From: Stramenopiles sp. TOSAG23-2
Lineage: Eukaryota
Length of the DNA: 38,968 bases
Direction: 5' to 3'
Assembly: GCA_900128395.1 (NCBI GenBank)
Contig: LT649315.1
Span: 1-38,968 of the forward strand
Under the pieces are notes generated by a model that searched no databases, was not told the DNA's origin, and worked only from the letters and a program-made list of their open reading frames with translations. Both the position numbers and the translations under genes were made by a program. Shown here piece by piece: positions 32,066 through 38,968 of this stretch (its first letter is position 1; each line of letters opens with the position of its first letter).

Positions 32066-35000
32066 TGCTCATCATCCGTATCGCTTATTGAATAATCATT
32101 ATCATTCTCAGCCACATCAATTTTTGCATCGTCCACACTTTGATCGTCTTCAACTTCGCTATTTCCAGCTTTGTTGGTCTTCGTGTCTTCCTCTTCATTA
32201 TAAGTTTCTATTTCCTTCTCTATGTCAGCCCAATACTCTGTACCATCGACATCAACGATTAATTTTTCACCTTCATTTTTAACTACTTTACCCTTTTTAC
32301 TATTGTAATAAACAAAATCACCAACCGCATAAATAATTTTATTTGTACCTTCTTCTTCTCTCTTCAAGCAATGCCTCATCATTGAATATAAATATTTAGA
32401 TCCAAAAACCAAAGGAGGTATTGCAAGATATATATAAAATGTAGTAATCAAGACACCACACATTTCCCCGACAATATCTATTAATTCCATATTGACTACC
32501 CCATTTTCTGTGAAATAGGAACTTTGCCAACTTTCAAGATAAATCCATTCATCTGCTCCAGGGTAGCTATATCCATAGTTAGGGTTTGATCTATTGAGTA
32601 CCTCATCGCTAATTTGGGTCCTATAATAATCAGATTTACATATTTCTTCCGAGGCTTCTCCAATTCTACAATCTCCTTTGCATGGGTTTCTGCATGGTCT
32701 AGAATCATTATATGCAAAATGTATGAAATACCTTGTTGCTGCATAAGTCATTGTTACTGGTTCATATTGAACATCATATGTGGTAAAATAGGATTGATTT
32801 ATGATATTGGATTTACTGCAATTTTTTGCAGAACACATACATAAATAATCTTGGTTGCGTATAGTTCCAATATAATGAGAATCATCTCCATATTGATAAC
32901 GGCACAAGCGATTACAACCTACAGCAATCAATTTGGTGTCTTCTATTGGATCAGGATTTTCATTGCCAACCATATATTTTTTATACCCCTCAACAAACTT
33001 TCCCAAGTCTTGCAATTTATACTCATTGTAATACGGTATAAATTTCCAGTCATCACCACAGTATCCTTCATACATTGTTATGGTTTTACCTTCAACATAG
33101 TTGTATTTCATACCGGAACACATAATTAATACACATGATACAAACAATAACCCATAAATAAATATGGAAAACATATTTGAAGTAGCTACACCTGCTGCGT
33201 AGTCCCAGTCTTTCAAATTTTCCACTAGCTTTTTGTCTCCAAAATGCACATGACTCATCACTTTGTCTACACGGGATGTAGGGAAAAGCTCTCTGACTTT
33301 TTTTTCTTCCCTAAGTGGCCCGAATTGACGCTCTTTCGAATCTCGTACTTTTAAAACTTTGAGACGCCTTACATCATACAAACGATTTCTTGAAATATCA
33401 CCCGTATTTTCGAATATCCAAACGTATACGTAGTCTTCACTGTCCCACAACACATCATAGTCGTCTTTACATCCAAAACACACAGCGATTTTATCTTTTA
33501 TTTTTTGGATCATTCCTGTTTTTGACTTCCATTGATCAGCTTCCCACCAGTTTTTATTCAAAATATAAATGTATTTTTGTTGTTGCTGAAATTTATTTTC
33601 ATCCTCCTCATCCTCAATATTGTCTATCTCATTGTTTCGTGTAAACATATTCATAATATATTTCGTGTACAGACTATCAGATTCAACATCATCATTTTTA
33701 TTTGGTCCATTTTCTTCTTCTATCGTTTCATCTCCATTTTTTCGCTTTGCTTGACAAATGCCATCTATTATGTTACACAAAGCTAGTAAAAGATCATCGT
33801 TTGCTTCCTTCAAATAATAATGTAGAAGATGGATGGGATAATTTGGAATGATTTGGGCAAGATCATTAACATTTTGCGGTGATATTTCTTCCCCATGCAA
33901 TTCTTGTTGAATTTTTTGTCTTGTATTTTCCGTATTAATTCTCATTTTTGCATTTTCATCCTTCATATATTTCCTCCAATCACCATTACCCTTTTTCATT
34001 ACCCTATTATATATATTTGTTACTATGCTTTCATAATGTTGAACAATTTCACCAATGTCTCTATCATCTGCATGTAAATATTCACCTTTATAAAGTTTCA
34101 CGACATGCCCATATCCGGGCTCCATTTCATTTCGTCTTAGGTGACTCCATTTAAAGTCGGCTTCTTGGTCCGTAACAATTTTATCTAGTCCCTGTATTTG
34201 CTCCTTCTCCAACTGAAATATGTTTTGCATAACAACATATTGCGGCAATTCACGATGATTCCAATATTTGCTTTTTATATATTTTTCTTCAAAATCATCT
34301 GGTTTTAACTCCTCCAAATATTTTTTAACTAGCTTCCGTTGGTATGTATTAATTTTCATCCATTTATATAAAGCTTCTGACGTACTCACCGTTTGGAAGT
34401 TTTCAAAACATGCACTTGCCCATGCATGGTTTTGTTCAACAAATGTATTAATTGTAAGCAGACTTTTTTCGACATCCTTTAATTTAGACGTCTCTCCTCT
34501 CAGATTGTTCATACTTGAACCTATTACGGCAATAGTACCAATTGAAGGCAGTATTGCCGAAACAAAAGCATTAAACGCAGGAAAGAAACCATTGGCATTC
34601 GTAACATTCCCATAGTCCACACCTTTAAGCACAGCAATTGCTGCAACAACAAATGCACAAAAAAGGGTAAAATATGAAAAGTATAATGTTTGATTCAAGT
34701 CAGTATTGTCAAAATCAAGAATAACTCCAGCTTGCGTTAATGCACGATAAAAAGCATAGTTGGATAATCTCCTTCTCTCAATTGCTTTTATCTCTGTTAC
34801 CAAGACAAAATTAATGATTGCTAAAAAAAATACATCAAAAAAGCCAATGCCTGTAGATGGATTTCTTTTCAAATATAGACTAAACACTGCTTGGCTAGCC
34901 ATAAAAACAAGAAACACCTCAAGCCCATGCCACTTGTCAAATATTGTAGGTTTCTCGTAAGCGACATTCTCTTTAAACTTCTTCAAATATTCTTTGAGAC

Positions 35001-35241
35001 GTCCAGGCATCCTTTCCGATTCCTGCTTTGAAAGTATAGCTTCGGTATAAATGGATGATCTAGCAGCTTTAAACTTCATTTTCTTTCCATCTTTGGATAT
35101 TTTGACTTCAGAAGTTTTCCGTCTCAATTCAACACTTTTATCCAAACTTGATGATATTGATTTACGTTGTTCTTTCGTCGCCTTTAAAAATAATGGGTTA
35201 ACAGTATCCCTCCTCGGTTTAGTGTCACTCATTGTGTGCAC
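32062..35241 (-). CDS. Large multi-domain membrane protein of unknown function
   Basis: 1059-aa ORF with about four N-terminal TM segments and a cytosolic region containing CUE-like VNDLAQIIPNYPIHLLHYYLKEANDDLLLAL. This is followed by a TM, a Cys-rich loop, another TM, an SH3/Tudor-like YAVGDFVYYNSKKGKVVK and an acidic tail. Confidence 0.75.
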   Translation of the reverse strand: MHTMSDTKPRRDTVNPLFLKATKEQRKSISSSLDKSVELRRKTSEVKISKDGKKMKFKAARSSIYTEAILSKQESERMPGRLKEYLKKFKENVAYEKPTIFDKWHGLEVFLVFMASQAVFSLYLKRNPSTGIGFFDVFFLAIINFVLVTEIKAIERRRLSNYAFYRALTQAGVILDFDNTDLNQTLYFSYFTLFCAFVVAAIAVLKGVDYGNVTNANGFFPAFNAFVSAILPSIGTIAVIGSSMNNLRGETSKLKDVEKSLLTINTFVEQNHAWASACFENFQTVSTSEALYKWMKINTYQRKLVKKYLEELKPDDFEEKYIKSKYWNHRELPQYVVMQNIFQLEKEQIQGLDKIVTDQEADFKWSHLRRNEMEPGYGHVVKLYKGEYLHADDRDIGEIVQHYESIVTNIYNRVMKKGNGDWRKYMKDENAKMRINTENTRQKIQQELHGEEISPQNVNDLAQIIPNYPIHLLHYYLKEANDDLLLALCNIIDGICQAKRKNGDETIEEENGPNKNDDVESDSLYTKYIMNMFTRNNEIDNIEDEEDENKFQQQQKYIYILNKNWWEADQWKSKTGMIQKIKDKIAVCFGCKDDYDVLWDSEDYVYVWIFENTGDISRNRLYDVRRLKVLKVRDSKERQFGPLREEKKVRELFPTSRVDKVMSHVHFGDKKLVENLKDWDYAAGVATSNMFSIFIYGLLFVSCVLIMCSGMKYNYVEGKTITMYEGYCGDDWKFIPYYNEYKLQDLGKFVEGYKKYMVGNENPDPIEDTKLIAVGCNRLCRYQYGDDSHYIGTIRNQDYLCMCSAKNCSKSNIINQSYFTTYDVQYEPVTMTYAATRYFIHFAYNDSRPCRNPCKGDCRIGEASEEICKSDYYRTQISDEVLNRSNPNYGYSYPGADEWIYLESWQSSYFTENGVVNMELIDIVGEMCGVLITTFYIYLAIPPLVFGSKYLYSMMRHCLKREEEGTNKIIYAVGDFVYYNSKKGKVVKNEGEKLIVDVDGTEYWADIEKEIETYNEEEDTKTNKAGNSEVEDDQSVDDAKIDVAENDNDYSISDTDDEQ

Positions 35242-35758
35242 TGATATGACGTACTACTCGTATTAATAATCGAAGATTTATTGTATGTAAACCAACAGTA
35301 TAGTGCAGTAATAGTCTAGTCGCTAGACTCTTCGGTAGAAGGCAGTTCAGTAACTGGTAATTGGATAATTCTTAGATTCTTAATCTATTAACTATTGATA
35401 ATAATAATGTTTAATATAAATATAACTGGTACTGTATAGTAGACTATATTACTATAACAATGTAATAATTAATATTATAGATGTAGATATTATTAAATAA
35501 TAGTGCTATAAAATATCTTTATAATATATTGTTCTTAGTTGTCTGCATACATGTACAGTATAAATAATAGATCCGAGAGATTGAAGATGATCCCATGATC
35601 CCATTATTTAGTTTCACACCGCACAATAACGACATTTTGTTTTAAGGAAAATGCCCTAAAACCACCATTTTTACATTTTTTATGATGCATTTTTTAATTA
35701 TAATTAGTGTTATTAATTTTCTATAACAGCACAGTATGGGAAAAGTATTAAGAAAATC

Positions 35759-35981
35759 CTCCATTATTTTCCAGGTACATAGCATGGGAGAAATAGCAGG
35801 TACACAACGAACGTCGGAGGTGTAAAATTGAGGAGTTCAAAAAGTATATTTTGCCGACAGTCTTTTTATCTCCATTATTTTCCAGGTACATAGCATGGGA
35901 GAAATAGCAGGTACACAACGAACGTCGGAGGTGTAAAATTGAGGAGTTCAAAAAGTATATTTTGCCGACAGTCTTTTTATC
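35759..35981. repeat. 111-bp exact tandem duplication of the outer end of the left long inverted repeat
   Basis: TCCATTATTTTCCAGGTAC... at 35760 and 35871. Confidence 0.95.
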
Positions 35982-36173
35982 ACATATCTTAAAATATATA
36001 TAACTATTCATAATAAGAAAAATATAAAAATTATAATACACATAAATAGGATAAAATTAGAATATACATCGCATTTTGTGCATGCACTTAATATTGGTAT
36101 ATGATACACTGGAGGCTTTGCCCCTTACACTTTAGGAAAGGTGTGTTTAATCTCTGTGTATATATATACATGC
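35871..36173 (+). repeat. Left arm of about 300-bp inverted repeat
   Basis: Reverse complement of 37654-37956 with only a few differences, e.g. GGAGGCTTTGCCCCTTACACTTTAGGAAAGG vs CCTTTCCTAAAGTGTAAGGGGCAAAGCCTCC. Confidence 0.95.
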
Positions 36174-36177
36174 ATAT

Positions 36178-37425
36178 ATGATGTCTGCAATGTCATTATC
36201 AACAAATTCAACAGAAAAATATGAAAAATATGACAATTGGACACCTTATTCAGGCACAATGACCCAAAAAAGTGCTGGGTGGGAATATAAAAGTGGAAAA
36301 TATCTTGGTGAGAGTGTCGTATTTTACAGAAATGTACCATTCAATTCAAGAAAAAAAGTTAAAAAACATACTGTTGCGTATGTGTTAAACAGCTTAACAC
36401 CAAACACAGTTACTTTTAATAAGATGATACAGCTGTTGCGGAAACACTCATCCGTTTCAAGCAATGAGTTTACAGTACAGGATTTACGGCAACTTGAAAC
36501 CAAAGGGAAACGTAAAACCAAAACAAGTGCATACTGCGGAGAATGTGGCAATAAAATAAGCAGCACTGCACTCACATCTGGCTTTTGCAATACTTGCACA
36601 TCGCGAAAAAGACAAAAAATGCAAAAGGAGGTACTGCGACAAAAAAAGGAGAAAGAAGAAAAAGAGGCAAATATACTAGCCAAAGAGGCAAATATATTAG
36701 ATTTAAAGAAACAAATACGTGAAATGAAACAAGAAAGTAATAAAATCAAGGAAAAAATGAATCTTCAACAACTGGAACTGGTAAAGTTAGAGCAATCTTT
36801 TGCCACAGTTAGTTTGGAAAAAAACAATTTTATAAAAGAACAAGAGAGAAGTAAGGCAACGTCTCTACAGGAGGAAAATGATTTTTTGAAAGGGAATTTT
36901 GAGGCAATGAGTACTAATATTGGTGACTTTCTTGCATTAAATGGCACAATAATAAGCCAACAACAACAAATTAACAATAATAATAATGAAATAAAAGCTA
37001 AATTTGAAACGTTAGAGCAATCATTTCGTCAAGTTGTTCTTGCATTAAATGGCACAATAATAAGCCAACAACAACAAATTAACAATAATAATAATGAAAT
37101 AAAAGCTAAATTTGAAACGTTAGAGCAATCATTTCGTCAAGTTGAAGAGAAAGTAGAGTCTTTTGGTATTGGGTTGGAAAAATTAAAAAATATGCAATAC
37201 CTGCCAAGAGAAAATCCCTTTGGCATCTCTTTGATTGAAGATGTAACATACTTTGGTATATATAGACTGGCTTCAACACCGTTTTCCAATGGTTATACAG
37301 GTATTGAGCGTGTTTCCAATCTTTCAGGTTTAGGAAAATCAGAGGCGTACATGGCTTGCAACAGCCTGATGCGTGTTGCTGCATCCTGTTCCGTCGGGAC
37401 ACTTGTTTTTGCTACCGAATACTGA
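36178..37425 (+). CDS. Orphan protein with CxxC-x13-CxxC zinc finger and long coiled coil
   Basis: 415-aa ORF with CGECGNKISSTALTSGFCNTC followed by a K/E/Q-rich coiled coil. It contains an in-frame 108-bp duplication (36931/37039). No DDE motif is recognisable. Confidence 0.7.
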   Translation: MMSAMSLSTNSTEKYEKYDNWTPYSGTMTQKSAGWEYKSGKYLGESVVFYRNVPFNSRKKVKKHTVAYVLNSLTPNTVTFNKMIQLLRKHSSVSSNEFTVQDLRQLETKGKRKTKTSAYCGECGNKISSTALTSGFCNTCTSRKRQKMQKEVLRQKKEKEEKEANILAKEANILDLKKQIREMKQESNKIKEKMNLQQLELVKLEQSFATVSLEKNNFIKEQERSKATSLQEENDFLKGNFEAMSTNIGDFLALNGTIISQQQQINNNNNEIKAKFETLEQSFRQVVLALNGTIISQQQQINNNNNEIKAKFETLEQSFRQVEEKVESFGIGLEKLKNMQYLPRENPFGISLIEDVTYFGIYRLASTPFSNGYTGIERVSNLSGLGKSEAYMACNSLMRVAASCSVGTLVFATEY

Positions 37426-37653
37426 TGGTCAAAAACTGTAAAATAAAACCTACCTTGATAAGATCGTTGGTTTTTTATTATTCTGTTCCATCGCGAGTAC
37501 TCTCTAAACTGAGCAAACGTAATATTTGCTTTTTTTCGATTATTTGCTACTACCGATTTCATAGTCAAAACTGGGAGAAAGCAGCTAAAATACGCCAAAA
37601 TACGCTACAATGCACCAGCAATTGTATGGTAATTAGGCCAGAGATGTTTATTA

Positions 37654-37956
37654 CATGTATATATATGTACAGAGATTAAACACGCCTTTCCTAAAGTGTA
37701 AGGGGCAAAGCCTCCGGTATATTATATACCAATATTAAGTGCATGCACAAAATGCGATGTATATTCTAATTTTATCCTGTTTATGTGTATTATAATTTTT
37801 ATATTTTTCTTATTATGAATAGTTATATATATTTTAAGATATGTTGATAAAAAGACTGTCGGCAAAATATACTTTTTGAACTCCTCAATTTTACACCTCC
37901 GACGTTCGTTGTGTACCTGCTATTTCTCCCATGCTATGTACCTGGAAAATAATGGA
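37654..37956 (-). repeat. Right arm of about 300-bp inverted repeat
   Basis: Reverse complement of 35871-36173. Confidence 0.95.
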
Positions 37957-38082
37957 AAATAATAATGTTTGTTCTCCTACTTAAAATATGTAGTAATACA
38001 TTGCATGATTTCGCTATCAAAATCGTACATCCTTAAATTTTGCTATATTTTTGCCATGGCTATTGTGCGGTGTGTTTATTAA

Positions 38083-38766
38083 CCTTCTCGTCGGGGGACT
38101 TTTTGGATGGAAGTGGCCAAAAACAGCCACTTCAATTTCCGACATTTTTCGTATGATATTTTACAAACTACCTGCTATTCCCATTATATAAATCCATCTG
38201 GAAAACATAAATATATTTTAGTTTCGGCAAGGAAAATAGACACTTTTGATAGGGGCGATTTTGTGTAGTCTAATCAATTTACACAAATTATAAAGAAAAT
38301 ACTCATCTTCAAGTGTATTCTACTACAAAAAATCGTTAAGGATGGGATAAAACCATGCAATAAACCTAAAGATGACTAAAAAGGATTTTCAATAAGATAA
38401 ATACAGAGCGCTTAAAGTGGAAGTGGCCAAAAACAGCCACTTCTAATTTGATCAAACAGTATATGTGTGTGGAAATGTATGCATTGTTTTCTGGTCGTTT
38501 TTCTGTGAACGATATCTACAAGTACGGCCGGGGGATTATTGCTTACATGAAAATAACATGAACAACTACTCAACCTTATACTAAACTTTGGCTACATATA
38601 GGCGATTAAAAATCGGAAATATTTAATTTAATGTGTTATATTTTTTAATAAATTTTATCAATGCTATTCCATACTGCTTTATTAGAATGGAAATAGCATC
38701 AAAAATTCCATTTTTTTAAGCAAGTGGCCAAAAACAGCCACTTCTAAAAGTCCCCCGACGAGAAGG
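38083..38766. mobile_element. Non-autonomous piggyBac-type element, 684 bp
   Basis: TTAA|CCTTCTCGTCGGGGGACTTTT ... AAAAGTCCCCCGACGAGAAGG|TTAA: a perfect 21-bp TIR, CC/GG ends and a TTAA target duplication, with no ORF. Confidence 0.92.
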
Positions 38767-38968
38767 TTAAGAAGTGTAGAAGTGTTTAAAAGTGTTTAAG
38801 TTGGTATGATAGACTTAGTCACTTTAACTTAGTCTAGGTCCTATAGACTTTTCAGTAGTATATACAATATCCTTGTAAATGAGCAGGATTGTTAGTGGAT
38901 TTCAAAACGGTGCTTAATGTTGTAAGTACTACTTCCACGACATTATTGATAGGAAATGAAAGTAGTAG

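Larger units (their letters stand above)
35615..38074. mobile_element. Putative non-autonomous DNA transposon with CAC...GTG ends (CMC-superfamily-like), 2460 bp
   Basis: Perfect 14-bp terminal inverted repeat CACACCGCACAATA (35615-35628) / TATTGTGCGGTGTG (38061-38074), with TTT on both outer flanks. It symmetrically encloses the long inverted repeats and the ORF. Confidence 0.6.

Noticed and set aside
35748-36041. 97-aa ORF with an internal repeat
   Set aside because: By-product of the 111-bp duplication within the non-coding inverted repeat arm.
36178-37425. Transposase
   Set aside because: No DDE/DDD, HUH or tyrosine-recombinase motif is visible; the protein is mostly coiled coil.

Overview
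AT-rich, gene-dense and almost intron-free eukaryotic DNA read with the standard code, with poly-Asn tracts and one clear spliceosomal intron. It is probably a protist draft or single-cell/metagenome assembly (inference), with one 160-N gap at 9687-9846. Recognisable genes are an ankyrin/FYVE-like protein, a GYF_2 membrane protein, an SGNH/PC-esterase, a GH38 alpha-mannosidase, TRAPPC12-like, DPH1, an HMGB, a tandem histidine phosphatase and a two-exon alpha/beta hydrolase. There are also two large polytopic membrane proteins, one with a Cache-like ectodomain. The strongest novelty candidate is a non-RD kinase-TIR-LRR protein whose 78-bp LRR units have an invariant DNA scaffold and vary mainly at the predicted ligand-facing residues. 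Several features are missing from the ORF track: a PP2C phosphatase tail joined out of frame to a truncated DPH1, an Stc1-like zinc finger overlapping a stop codon (ATGA), a Tc1/mariner-type MITE, a piggyBac-type MITE, and a CAC...GTG element holding an orphan ORF between about 300-bp inverted repeats. A 61-bp repeat array appears to bracket a gene fragment. Several 108-138 bp tandem duplications and frameshifts suggest assembly artefacts, so caution is needed. All family calls come from motif recognition by eye; no database searches were run.
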